A stretch of DNA of 64,000 bases from Takakia lepidozioides (Eukaryota > Plantae > Bryophyta): NCBI GenBank assembly GCA_030704615.1, contig CM060731.1, forward strand, positions 37,820,001 through 37,884,000, read 5' to 3'. The notes beneath the pieces are model-generated. The model searched no databases and was not told the origin of the DNA. It saw nothing but the letters and a program-made list of their open reading frames with translations. How positions within the stretch are numbered: position 1 is the first letter of the stretch; each line of letters starts with the position of its first letter. This document shows, in pieces, positions 51,081-64,000 of this stretch. Made by a program: the position numbers and the translations under genes.

Positions 51081-52819
51081 GGCTCAAAGCTGGCCGGTAG
51101 AGTGACCGTTTTACCCTGTCAAGTCAATTAAGTAATGACTCGATTGATCTGCCGATGCACATAGCATTTTAGGGCATGGATGACACAGATGGAAAGAATC
51201 TAACAGCTCAAACCATGTCATGTAGCCGGTGGGATTCGCCAGGTCACCTAATAGTTAGGGCATGCCCAATCTGACCATGGAAGCGGCCTCAACATTGGCA
51301 CGCAGGCAATTTCCATCCAATAAATATTTCCCCCTCGAGAAAACAATTTAGGAAAATAAAATGTACTTCATGATTTTGAAGGACTCCCAAACCCTCTGGA
51401 TGTCCCAATCAATGTATGAGCAATGTCCCAATCCTTGGGACATTGATATTTCGTCCAAATTGGATGAAATTGGTTGAGTAGGGGCTACAGTAGGTGTATT
51501 TTATCCTCCAAATTTTTTGCTGAAAAAGCAGTGAGAAACCTGATATTCTAATATTTCTCACAGTCAAGATTTTGAGAAGTCAATTGGAGATATCATGTGA
51601 AAGAAAAACAACCGGAACCGACCCTTCGATTTCCAAGGTGTTGTGTTGCTGTTGGATGGAGCATGCTGATTCTGGACTCTTCCATCATCCGGTTACGCAT
51701 TGGCTACTCTTGTTTTTTCACGGTCCATTTCAGGATAGTGGTCAATTCAGGCTGTTGCTCCATGGGGTTAGGTCCAATGTTGGTTTCTCTCCATTAACAC
51801 GCAGTTATGTATATATGTATGTATAACGGCTGGAGGTGACAAAATGAACTAACCGGTCCAGTTAGGAACCGGCGGAGGTAAGGCAATCAAATAAGCTTAT
51901 TAACAATGCAACAAACTGACAGACTCCTGCAATCTCGAAATTACCTGAACGTACTGAGGATCCATTTCAAAAGTCCAGAGCAGCGGAGTGAAAATATGTC
52001 GGAAAGTCTGGTGATGTTCAATGCCGCGTCCCGGTCTCTCAAAATCATGACCTCACCGTACAAGGAGATTGGTCCTCAAGTTCTCCTTGAATCCCGTCAC
52101 TACCAGTGTTGGGCAGGTATATATGTTGACATATATACCCAGTCGGGTAATAAACAGGGTACACCACTATTGAGACCCGCCACACAAAAATTTTGGTGGA
52201 CCCAACTTGAGTTAGAACCGGCGGGGGGCCATCTCACCACTTACCCGGCCAAACTGGAAGGGGGGGGGGAACAACTTCTCTTAGTACCTTGGAACCGGAC
52301 TCGAACATTGAAAATCAGTCGGGTAGCAACTTTGGTGAGCTGCATTCATGGACCATGATTATGCAGCCGCCTTCAAGATTTTTATCGTGTTACTCCCAAA
52401 GCCAAATGCAATGACAGAAGAACATTGTTGTGAGCTTAGAGTCTACGGCATCCACGAAATCATGGATGAGCAAGCTAAAGCCTAATCGTGTGTTGCAAGC
52501 AGATGAGATCCCTGCATCTTCCAATACTTTATCACATGATGACACCCAGGTTGATTAGGCATGATCTTGCTACCGTGGATAATGTTTTGGAAGATCCGCA
52601 AATCGAACATGCACGACAGCGATTGCTTGTTTTGCAAGCTCAGGGCAAATTTTGGAAACCGCGCTATCTATTGGTCATTTTTTGCATTGAATGATGTAGG
52701 TGATGCATGTGGATCATGTCAAATCCTCAGATACTTTGATGTTTTATCTGTCGACCCCAACCTATAACTTCCAATCAATTTGTTGGCAAGCATAGTGTGC
52801 TTAGGAAAGGTCTAGTGAA

Positions 52820-55080
52820 GTACAATAAGTTGCATGGTATCATTACCATGCGCAAACAAGTGGATGTCGCTCATCCTCGGTTGCTTGCTATGAGGAAAGC
52901 GCATTTGGCTACGAAAGCATCTACGAAGCTCAAGGACACCCGCCAAAACAAGCAATAAATGATCTTTGTCTACAAGTTGTGCCATTACATCATATTTTGG
53001 GTCCACAAATCCTTAGAAGCAAATGGACTAGCAACAAGTGCAATTTTTGGAGGACCTTACATTCTATATTGCTGAAGGGTACAAACCCCTCTCATCTTTT
53101 GAAAATTTGTGGCTTAGGAGGTTGGTTTTGAGGCAGTGCCCTTGTGTCGTATTCCCTTCTTGGAGACAATTTGTGGATGAGGTTTTTGTCGTCGATGGTT
53201 GCTCAGACGATGGATCGGCATGTACTGCCTTCCCTTGGAAATTGTGTCTCTGCATCTGCCAGCTTCGATCTGTGGATGAGTAGGGGTGAAGTTGACATTT
53301 TTGCCTTGGTGATCAACTTCATTAGTGCGGACTGGGTTCCTATTCACGTTACTGTGGGTCTATTTGAAGTATCTAATACCTCAAGAGCAGCGATGGCAAT
53401 TCAGCTGAAAACCCTACTTGACAGTTTTGTTTTAACTAAACGCATTTTTGTCTTTATCAAGGACGAAGGAGATAATCTAAGCACAATGGCTGCCGCTCTC
53501 AAATCTGTCGTATCTTGTGATGGCATAGGGAGTGGAGAGGTATTGGATGATGTGGAAAGGCATGGATGCCACGACATTTTTTGGTGCTACTCATTTGAGA
53601 GGGAAGTTTCTAGGGTTGTGAACATCTCATCCAACCAGTTGAACAGTGAGGTCACTTACACCAATTACTATGCCAGGAAATGCTTTACAACGGTCACAAG
53701 GCAGCCCATTTGGACCATGATGGATTATTCCTGGATCGTAGAGCATTGAAACAGTGCACCAATATCTTCAAGTTCCCATGGATGTGCGTTGTGTGATGGG
53801 TGAGGATTTAACAATGTGTGAATCATGGCATGAAGACTGTGTGGTGATGGTACCCTCTCAGGAAATTGCTCGAGTGGTTTGGAAGTTGGTGCAATGGCTG
53901 CCACCTTGCCCTTGCAAGCAAATCATCCTTGGGAATGGCATCATTATGGGACGAAAGAAAGCACTTCCAACACTAATCATGGAAGACACGAGTTTGTACT
54001 TGCAGCAGTTCTGGAGTAGCCTTGGCATTATGACTAATGAGAACTCGCAACTCTTTCAGAGTTCAGTGAAAGGATTCACATTTCTGATGCTCAATGGGAA
54101 GGAATATCGAGTTGGTAATTCAGTGGTTGTTGAGCCTGATGAGGCTTCTGAAGGCCACTCATGGACATGCAAGGCAAAGATCACCCGATTCTTCATTCAC
54201 GAATTCTATGGTGACAGGAGGGTTTTCTTCCAAGGTGAGTACTACAATACAGCAATGTCGTCGTCATCATCTGCTGTGGCTCTCAAGGACAACCGTATTA
54301 GTATGGTTGTCTTGCAACCATGTCCACAGAGGTGGCATGGTAATGACATCAAACCCACGCACCTCCTAATGCACAAAGTCATCCCACTCCCTATAGTAGG
54401 GCAAAATAGGGGGCATGTTGTTGCGTATGAGTTGGAGGATATTTCACCCCGGGAGCATCTGTTCCAACCAAGAATGCCCAGTCGCTGCCCTCCTTACCCC
54501 GAAACAAAGGATATAGTGATGGTCAGGAATAGTGGTTCCCAATCGTTCTCGGGGGCTGTGGTGAGGAGTGTGTCTGGACCGAGGTTCACAGTCGACTCTC
54601 TAGCTGAAGAAGTGTGTATGGGAGAGAAATTGCAGCAGCAGGGCCACTTGTGGGTGAGGTGGATTTAGGCATGCTGGAGGTTGTTGGCCGACGGACTAGC
54701 ATCCTCAAGCGGTACAGGGCCTTTGGAATCATCAGCACAAGATCTTGGCACTCTCTTGAAAGAGTGTTGCACGATGCCCAAGTTATAAACCCTTACAGTT
54801 TTGAGGGCACATGGTTTGCACGTATCATGTCTAAAGCATGTCAATATGCAAGCAATGATGCTGAAGTTTGTGTGGATATGAAGAAAGACTCAAGCATCAC
54901 TACAAAAATCAATCTCATGGACAAAGAAGAGTGGAAAACAAAGAATTGAGTGGAACTTGAGGCGTATGTGGATACAGGGTTACGGCCTCAGAAGCTGAAA
55001 ACTCCTGTCAAAACCAAATTGCATCAAAGGTGGTAATGTTTGAAGAAACCATAGAGTTTACAGAGGAGGCCATCATTACT
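52820..55080 (+). mobile_element. Degenerate hAT transposase, interrupted by a foreign insert
   Basis: FLEDL.FYIAEGYKPLS..ENLWLRRLV; SFDLWMSRGEVDIFALVINFI..DW.P.HVTVGLFE; IKDEGDNL.TM..ALKSVVSCD; resumes after the insert as FEGTWF..IMSKACQYASND...SWTKKSGK. Stops and frameshifts are present; TIRs were not identified. Confidence 0.8.
53523..54772 (+). mobile_element. Inserted fragment resembling a CACTA/EnSpm-like transposase C-terminus plus a BAH-like domain
   Basis: DDVERHG..DIFWCYSFER motif; the ORF at 53754-54668 contains NGKEYRVGNSVVV.PD......AKITRFF (BAH-like pattern). GATG lies at both junctions. Confidence 0.5.
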
Positions 55081-55453
55081 TGCATCATTACTGACCTTTT
55101 GTCCGTCCAAGGATCGCCTCCTAACAGTCACCACCAATCATCCCTACAACACCAACCCATCAAAGTATTGAACAAAGTTTGATTTGTGCAAAAAAAATTA
55201 ACAAATTGAAACTCCTCAGGTTCAGTTCTATTTTTTCAGAAACACATTATAAGATGTTCGATAAATAACCAACGACATTGATTAGCTTTTAACACTCTAA
55301 ACCTCTTCATAAATTTGATTAAAGCATCATAATATAACCCCATGACATTCAACAACATCATTGATGTAGAAATATGAGGTCATAACATTTTACATCACAA
55401 CAAACCTCGTCCTAGGAATGTGTAGGAATGTGTGTGAAATAATTACATGATAT

Positions 55454-55493
55454 CACTACAACGTTGCTCTCTCTTCTAGTAGCGATTGTAGTG
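55454..55493. repeat. 40-bp palindrome with CACTACAA...TTGTAGTG termini (miniature CACTA-like relic)
   Basis: cactacaacgttgctctctcttctagtagcgattgtagtg, flanked by AT on both sides. Confidence 0.45.
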
Positions 55494-56941
55494 ATATAAC
55501 AAAGCAAATCCCCTGGTTGCCTCACTTATGCGGTTAACATTGAATTCACACTCCTTGAAATCTAAAATTAAAGACTCCATATCTTTACTCGAAGCTGTTT
55601 TTCAAATATCAAGTGTTAAGGTGAGAAAGGCATAATGTCTCAAATGTTGGTCTATCATTTCATAGCAAGAAATACACACCTTTCCATTTTCGACAATCCA
55701 GACAACTAACACTTGGTCAAGTCCTCTTAAGCTGCAAAAATTCTTCATATATCTTCTTGCTAGTCGTATGCAAACCCTTATTAATCAAAGGAGTATATAT
55801 TCCCTTGGCCGGTGTTCCATACTAAAGTACAAAACCAGGGGATTTGCAAACGCTGATTTATCAATTCGTGTCTTCGTGTTCCGATTATGAATTTGGTTGA
55901 CCTCAATTTTGTTGGCTTTAATAGAGGAGTTTGTTCAAAGTCTTTCAAGTATGTTTTACATTGTCTGTACATTTGTACGGAAAGGATTGTATGTGTGATT
56001 CCAGTATAATTTGGGCTATTACGAAGATCGTATATGATCCACCCATGTCTAATTTGAGTGAGGGAATTATCCGCTTGTGAAAGTATGAGAAACTTGGAAT
56101 CGAAGGGCATTTCTTTGATAATATAATGCTTCATTAACATGTACCATTTAACTTGATTTATTTATTATTTTCTTTTTGTTCAGGTCAAGATACCAATTCA
56201 GTGCGATGATGCGGGTTATTTAACATATCAACATCATCACATTATCAACAATTTTGATGAAAGAATCATATAATTTGACAAACATTTTTTATGCAAAAAG
56301 AATAAATTTCATCTCCAATGATGTCACCCATAGTGGGCACATATATTGAATGATACCTTGATTTACCTAACAACACTCCTTTGGCCAAGGCTACTTGAGT
56401 TGTCATTTGAGAGCCTGAACTTCCAGGAGCAGCATTGTTTTTACGTGCTTATACATGAGCTGCACCTTGTACATGCTAGTTAATTGTAACAACCACCCAA
56501 AAAGTGCCACTATAACAACATAAAATATGTTTCCAGCAATCATTGTTGATCATCTCTGCACTTAACTAAAATTGTGAAGCAACCATATGAAATACACACT
56601 AAAAGAAAAATAGCCCACATCTTTGCATGAATGATAACATAATACAACATAAATGTCTAATCAAAGTTGGATGTTTGAAAGATATTTATTCTTGAAACGT
56701 AATTTGCAATCAATCAATTAATCAAATCAATCAATCTTCTCGTATTTTTCAAAACAACCTCTTCTCTGTTTTTTGACTCTTCAGCTTCGTTCTCACCTTC
56801 GTTCATGCACACTTACACCATTTACTATTGGGGCTATATAAGTTTTCCAATTGAACAAGTTGTAAAAAAGATTGATTTTCCTTTCTGCCCCACTTGGCAC
56901 ACAGTACATGATCCACCTTCCGTGATTCTTTGGGTCCTTAC

Positions 56942-57641
56942 CAGTGTTGGACCGGTATATAGGTCCAACCCGGGTATCTTTACTGATATCATCCCGGGTA
57001 GGTAAGACCATAACCGGCTGGTAGGTAGGGTGGTCAATACCCAGGCAATACCATACTAGGGGCAATACATACACTCCATACTATGGTATATACCATACCT
57101 GTCTGGTATTGCGATGGATAAAATTGGTATTGATACCAGTATTGCTGCTATGTGAGCCTCCAACGGCACGGTTGGTGTATGTGTGGAGTTAGGGCAAGGA
57201 AATTCAAGGGCATTTATGGTATTTATGGCATCTGCTTTATATTCAATGTACAAGGTGTAAAAATACAGATATGGTATGGTGTATTTTTGCAATTTGTAAT
57301 GTGTATGAGCAATGTATTTCTATATGTGCATTGTGTTGTAATTGTGATCCATTGTGAAGGTCAATTCTTTTTCTCAGATTATTGAATATTTTCTTGCATA
57401 TATTAAATATTTCAGATACATACCCGGGCAATATTCATATTCTCCCCATATGAGATGGAAAAAAACAAATATTGATACCCTATTGATATACATCCACAAT
57501 TTTACATTATTGATACCCCTCCTATACCCTAACCGGCCCCCTCACCCCAATACCAGGACCATACCAGTATTGGGGAAATGTAGGCCCTTGTGATACTAGG
57601 ACCAGTCTGTATCATATTTTTGTGATACCAGTCCAATACTG
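56942..57641. mobile_element. Non-autonomous hAT-type element (MITE), 700 bp
   Basis: 17-bp TIRs cagtgttggaccggtat / ataccagtccaatactg (2 mismatches); perfect 8-bp TSD GTCCTTAC at 56934-56941 and 57642-57649; many subterminal GGTAT/ATACC motifs. Confidence 0.92.
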
Positions 57642-58504
57642 GTCCTTACTCTTGGATAATTTAGACCCTTCTCAAAGCCCCAACTGGGATTTTTTTCAAA
57701 AACATTTCCAATTACTCACCAATAAACCTGAAATTGTCCTACCAGTCAAGAAGATCAACTTGCTAACCCCACACAAAAGAAAATGGAGGGGCAACAAACA
57801 AATCAGTATCAGATCAGCCTGCAATGAAAGAAAAAAATGGGTCAGAAAAAGCTGTGAGATGAGGTGACATGAGGCAAAACAGACATGATAGCTTGTGCCC
57901 TTTGTAAAGCTACCTAAAACTCGATGCCTAAGGAGAGTTGGGTAGCAACAACAAACCAAATATTCCATAGGTTATTCTCCATATAAGGTAGTTGCACGCA
58001 AATGTGACCATTTAAGCAGTACAGCCCACACAAAGGGTGCAGTAACAAAAAAAAAAATTACACAAATAGATTAGCAAATCAACAATCAATTTGTGATATA
58101 AATAGTAAGTTTCTTTGAATGAGGTGGCTAATTAATATGAATTATCAAAGTGCATGTACACATTATCCCATATCTGAGCAGTAGAGGGAGCTATGTAAAG
58201 TTGATACTTAAAAAAAATTTGTAAGTGGCATGTCTTGCAGGAGTTGTGCACCTAAACCTAACTCCATTGACCAGCTATCAGAGCCCATAAAGGCACCTCA
58301 CAGCTTGGCCCATTGAAGCAAAAGGGGTATCCTATGGTGCTGAAGCCAATTAAAGTGTCTTGACATTAATGAGGCCTGGTTAGCCCAAACAAAACTCCAA
58401 AGTGTGTCGAACAAAAATTCGTCCCCATGAAAATGTGAGCAGGCGGATATGTAGTATAAAAGCCCCCTCATGGTGTCGATCCCACCAGGTCCTTCCCTAA
58501 ACTG

Positions 58505-60800
58505 TCATTTTGTGCTCCAAGGTGTCTCCTCGACTGACCGGCAACAACTCTCCCTATTTCGTCCTCCTGCCATTCTCGTGGTCGTCTCTCTCCATGTTGC
58601 TCCTCTTTCCCGCCATCGCCGTGAACTTTTACTCCATTGTAGGTGGTCCCACTCTTGATTGATGCGCCTATGGGGGAGAAATGACGGTGAAATGGCTACT
58701 GTCTTCACCACGTTGCTTGGCCCGGCGTTTGGCAATGGCCATTTTTTTATTGTGTTTGCACATGGCTGCAGCCCACCCGGAGAATGGGGGGACCCAAGCA
58801 CCTGGTGGAAATGAAGTGTTGTTTTTAATGGCTGCATGTAGTTTAGCCCCTGCCTCCACGTACAGGCCTTTGCTGACCAGTGCACGTCAAAGGCCTTCTT
58901 GGCCTGACGCTCCTCAGCTCGGGCATGCTTAGCCTCAGCTTGAGTTGATTTTTCCGCTGCACGTTTGGTTTTGGCCGCAAGGGCCTCCTCTTTCTTCTGC
59001 TCATGTGCTCTAATAGCCTCATCTTTTAGTCTAGCTTTTTGTTTCAGAGATGCCAAGTATAAATCTGATGTCATCATTAAATTGATTTGCTATAGTTTAT
59101 GATGGGGTCGTTGGCATTCAATCTGACCCTATTGTTGTATGTGCAGGTGCCTCTTACAGCGTAAGGAAGCGCGAGATTGAGCTTGGCCTTGGCAGGGATG
59201 GCTGGCCCACCACCAGGGACAAGTCGTTGTCGACCTCCATGGGCTCCTGACTGCCGGGCCCACTATCTCCCCTTAAACGATGACATCATTGGGCTAAACC
59301 TAGTCGTCCCCATCGTCAACCATCACAAAGTAGTGGTGCTGGTCTTCTTGTGTACCCGACACACAAGTGCCCAATACTTCTTCCACGTGAAGCTCTGAAA
59401 CCAGGTCTTCTTCCTCTGGTTGTGGAGTGGTAGGATGTATGGGGTCTATACAAGTTTGCTCTTTTGTTTGGTTTGAGAAACACTCAGATGGGCCCATATT
59501 TCCAAACATTGCTTCTGAATTGAGTGGTCAAATGTCTGCAGTCTTGAATCCCTTTTGATGTTGTGGGGGGTTAGCCGGCCCCTTCTTCAAGGCAAGTGAG
59601 ACCCATTACCGGGCTAGATCTTCCTTGAGAGCTCCTCTCTCTTTGTGAGCCATGATCCATACATCTCTGTACTTCCAGAAAGAAAGTTGTCTTGAATGGC
59701 TTGAACACAGCCACATCAAGAGGCTGGAGGGCATGGGAAGAGGGGGAAGGAAGAGTAATCACATCCAGTCCTATTGATCTAGTTTGTTTGACAACATTTA
59801 TAGTGACATGCGAGTTATAACCATCCAAGATCAGCAAAGTGTCTATTTGTGATTGAGATCTCATTGCCTATTGCCTTTGTTGATTCTAAGAAAGGTGAGA
59901 TCCATTTGTGAAATAATATTGTTGTCATCCATGCCTTCTTGTATTGCCATTGTCGCACCAGATTTGCATTTGTGAATGTAATTGCGACGAAATCTTTTAC
60001 CTTTAAAAATGTAGAAGTTGGGAATGTAACTTTGTACAACATTCATGCATGTGAGGATACTCAACCATTCGTGTTAAATCTGGCGTTATCAAATAGACAG
60101 CTCTGAAACCAACCTTGGCAAACAATACAACAACACCTCCATTTCGCCCAGCTTGGGCCCCTAATTCGTCATAATTCCAGATCCTCTCAGCCTCATAGTT
60201 ATGCTTGTTGTACATTTCTGTCAGGTTAGCATAGAATGTTTGAACATTTTCAGGGCATAGTCCCTTGGCCCTCCCAGTCTTAAGTCCTTGAGCTACTCTT
60301 AAACTTAGGTGTGGACGTCTGGACCTGAAGCATCTCACCTACCCCTGGCAGCCAGGGATCCATTGTGTGAAAGGTGTGAGTCGTTCTTGAGTAAGTTCTA
60401 CTACCTTCAGACGGAGTTGGGTCAGTGTCAATGGGTGTCCAATATCCTACATTTTTTCAATGTACTTCACTAGTTCATCCTCCTCATTGGCATCTAGCGT
60501 TCCCTTGCTCTTGTTGTAGTAACTCCATGCACATGGTTTCATGGACTAGTTGTAGGTACTCCAAACATCCATGCCACAGATCTGATGTCGTCCCCACGAT
60601 CAACATTTGCCATGGCTCCTTAGAGCTACACATCAATCTAGTTCCCGTTTTTACATGGACATTGTCCTCTTCTTGGCCGCCGCCACCTCTTCCTAGCAGG
60701 AACTTCTTCATTACTAGTCTCCACATTGAAATCAGTTGCTATCCTCTTGTTGGATGTGTAGTTATATTGATCACCACTTCAAGTGAAAACTCTTCTGTAA
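58505..60800 (-). mobile_element. Degenerate pogo/CENP-B-like (DDE_1) DNA transposon
   Basis: Frameshifted pieces: FRSRRPHLSLRVAQGL..GRAKGL.PENV..FY.NL, IWNYDE.G.QAG, LLILDGYNSHVT, LDVITLPS.SSHALQPLDVAVFKPFK, and a charged coiled-coil C-terminus. TIRs were not identified. Confidence 0.82.
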
Positions 60801-63800
60801 ATCCATGACCGATTTGAAATTCAACATTGGGATCCTGCCCTTGGCCCCATTGATAATTCTGATCCACCTCGTCTTCACTTTGACAGTCTGCGTCCCTCAT
60901 TTACATGTTCATAATGCTCATTGTATGCACAATCAGAGTAACTTGAATGGGCTCTATTAATCTCTACTCTGTTGCTAGCCTCATCTATCTCAGTGTGTGA
61001 CAGTTATTGGAAAGCTTGGGAAGGCCTAAAATCTCGATCCATGGCTACTGTAGCAAACATACTTCCCCCCTCCGAACTGAATCCTCACAACTAAACTAGC
61101 AACTATCTTAAGTATGCACTAAACCTAAACTAATACATAAATCATCTCTAATCTACGCTCCGGGCTCATGGATAGTGCACTGCAATTAGCGAGATATGTG
61201 TATCATAGTCCTTCATATAGTTGCAGCGCGAGTTTCAAATGGGACTCCTATGAATGAGGTTGGGTGGCGCGTGAGCATGCTTATGTGAGCACAAGGGCAT
61301 ATTCCCTGAATTTTCGGGAAATTTCCGTGGAATTTCCCCAGCGAAACGAAATTGGTGAAACTAACACATAGAAAACAAGTAGCCCCTATACCTGATGAAC
61401 ATGTTACCCTATAGGCGTGGGATTTTTTCCATAACAGGCGCGAGAGTGGGCAATGAGGCGTCACCTCAAATTTAAGGTCCTCACCCATGGATAATCTCGC
61501 ACGGCGAAACTCTATACCAACTAGCCTGGAAAAAAATCACAATGTAGCCGAAGGATTGAATAGGTCATTTTAAAATCCCCACCTATTCCTTTTGGATGTG
61601 GGATTGTTGGGTGATGGGATTTCATATAGAGAGTTTCGACTCAAGCTCTACCACTAAAGGTTTCTCAATGCGAAACCCATCACTGCTTAGGTTTGTGCCC
61701 ATATCACATATCATTTCACAATGCAAAATTTGCCGCCGCCGCTATAGGTTTAGGGTTTCTGGCTACACTACTGAAGGTTTCGCCTCGCTGAATTGGCGTA
61801 GATGTACCGTACAAATGCACCAGTCCTCTATACCCGCTTATGGTTTTATTCCGTTTTGACAACATATAACTTCTATGATCGAGGTTTAAAAAACATAAAA
61901 CTCCCATGACCGTGGGTTGCGTTCACGTGAGCGTGAGCATGCACATGTTGTGCTCACATGATACCAACCCCCTTATGAATTTGAATTTGAACAGCCACCC
62001 AATACTAAATGAAAAGGAATCGTCGCAAATCTGACCAACTCGGGCCTTGATACAACGTTAAGTTAAGAACAAGCGTACACCAAATCCTCAGCTTCATTAA
62101 GATACAACCCCAATCAAAACACACATGGTATAGTATTCTGTATGCATATGGTCACATAACAAATCTACACGTAGATGAGGCTGCCATAAGTGCATCCAAT
62201 TTAGCCCACTGAATACAATGTCACCATTTAAGGGGTGTATGAATCACTTTACAGCCCAAAAATAGGGATATGTTTCAAGACCTGCTTACATTTGGGGTTG
62301 TAACAATGTATTTGTGTGAAAAATACTATGACCAGCAGGCAAGTCAATCCCATTAATTTAATATATTAGTTTTGATTTATAATATCTTTAAATATCCCTG
62401 AAATTAAAAATGAAATAGGAAGAGACCGTGGTCGTCGCAACTTCGGCTTGAGTGTTAGAAAGGCCATAGTTCCGTTATGATTTCCAATGAGTTTTATAAA
62501 TTCTGTAAGTTAACATGATGTTTTGTTTAGCTATAAAATATCTACATGCGAGCCCTGCCTTGACATAGTTATGAATTGGTTGTGAAATGATTGACATAAT
62601 CCGAGAGTTTAAATGTCAGGGAAATTGGTTTGTGGTCGGTCCAATATGCTTTTTTTTCTAGACAAATAATGTTATGTATGTGCATTAATCCATACTAGTG
62701 TGGCCTCTGCTGTTGAGCACATAATGTACTGTCATAGAAGGTCCATATTAAAATCTCCTATAAAAATTGTTGGGCGAAATTTTGCTGCTTTATCGTATAA
62801 AAAATGTAATACATCTACAATTTTATGAAGGGAAAGTAAAAGAGATTTGCTTGAGTTATCTCTAGCTACTACTCTAAGATTCTTACTTGAATAACTGCTA
62901 ATTGAGCAGAATTAGCTAAGATAAATATAATGTAATTAGATGCTCAACTTAATTATCTTAATGTGACTATTTTGGTACTTTGACGTGAGTCATTGCTAAT
63001 TAAAACTAACTTAAGCTAATTGAGCAAAATTAGCTCAAATAAAAACTTTGCATAATCTCTCATCGAACAATTAGACACAATGAGGATCATTTGAATTCAG
63101 ATCATTAAATATTAAATGACATATTGCCAAAATATTAATGAACACATCTCATTTTTTATTAAGATAATAACCATATTGAAAAACTAAAATTTTAGAGTAC
63201 ATTGATTAGGTTATCTATAATTTTTTTTGAGAAACTAACACAATGTTTATGGTTCGTTATTAAAACCACAGTTTATGTATAAATATATTATTAAAATATT
63301 AAAATGATACTCTATCAGACAAACCGCAGCTCAAAACTTAATAAATAAATTTAACATGTAATCATTGATGAGCTGATGAAGCCTTTGCTTTGTCACTTTG
63401 GCAAAATACCCAGTGACCTTTGCTGATGGCTGATGGATTATGGCCACAACATTGCAAGCAATGCGACATCCCTCAGCTCAGGCAACGAAGCGAAAATAAC
63501 TTCCTTTCGCATACGTTCAAAATGGATGTGACAATGGATGACAATCATCCAACAAAAACGTTGGTCCCATGACAAGCGGGAGAAACCAATTGCGTAGTCT
63601 CTGCCTGAGGGCAGGGCCAATAATTTGTTCTAAATAACAATAACTTGAATATCTTTTCCTAGCTAGGATGAATCTAGGTAGGTCTGTAGCTTGACTTGCA
63701 GGGTAATGAAACTTGCAGTGAGTGTGTTTTCAATGTGTACCCAGGCAGGTAAGGGTTAGTATGGAACCGGAAACTTGTGAATCAAGGAGAGCAATGAACT

Positions 63801-63862
63801 CCTTTACACCGTGCACAAAACAAACCAGTGTTGGGCAGATATAGAGTCATCTGGATATGAAC

Positions 63863-64000
63863 CAGCGTTTTTTTTGCTGGCGAATTTTCGCCAAATTTCG
63901 ACCTCAGAAAATAAAACGGAATATTCTGTCGCAAATTCCCTGGTTTTCCATGGATGAAATCGCCAAATTTCTCCAAATGAAAAATAAATTATGGATGAAT
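63863..64000. mobile_element. Probable left end of a MITE running off the window
   Basis: It starts CAGCGTTTTTTT (hAT-like CAG terminus), followed by palindromic GGCGAATTTTCGCC and repeated TCGCCAAATTTC motifs. The other end is outside the window. Confidence 0.4.

Noticed and set aside
55781-56140. 119-aa AT-rich minus-strand ORF
   Set aside because: No recognisable family; it lies in transposon debris and is likely a decayed fragment.
61747-61759. Telomere-like ggtttagggtttc
   Set aside because: Fewer than two units; a common interstitial telo-box with no associated gene visible.

Overview
This is eukaryotic, intron-rich nuclear DNA from a land plant. It is most likely a non-seed plant with flagellated sperm (moss/bryophyte-like), inferred from a DRC8/EFCAB2-like flagellar gene, a Tcn1-like chromovirus and Dualen-like LINE remnants. 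The first 46.5 kb holds seven host genes: the last exon of a ZCCHC8-like PSP protein, an intronless EF-hand (DRC8-like) gene, a 9-exon DG1/EMB2279(SOT5)-family plastid PPR gene, an AMT2 ammonium transporter (minus strand), a clade-F PP2C, a secretory phospholipase A2 and an 18-exon APUM24/PUF6-type Pumilio gene. A doubly deleted Ty3/gypsy element and a Dualen-like LINE fragment lie between PP2C and PLA2. The last 17.5 kb is transposon debris: a young 5'-truncated LINE with a 12-bp TSD nested in an older L1, a PLS-PPR pseudogene, a hAT transposase interrupted by a CACTA-like/BAH fragment, a hAT-type MITE with an 8-bp TSD, and a pogo-like DDE remnant. I see no prokaryote-type system such as CRISPR or an operon. 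The most unusual signals are: (1) about 8.5 tandem 38-43 aa repeats in the PPR N-terminal region; (2) duplicated splice sites in PLA2 (candidate 27-nt micro-exon) and APUM24 (decoy acceptor inside a GC-AG intron); (3) a hydrophobic C-terminal tail on the sPLA2; (4) an exact 39-nt copy of the LINE's non-poly(A) 3' end inside the PPR intron 40 kb away. Family assignments are from recalled motifs, not database searches, and exon coordinates were derived by hand.
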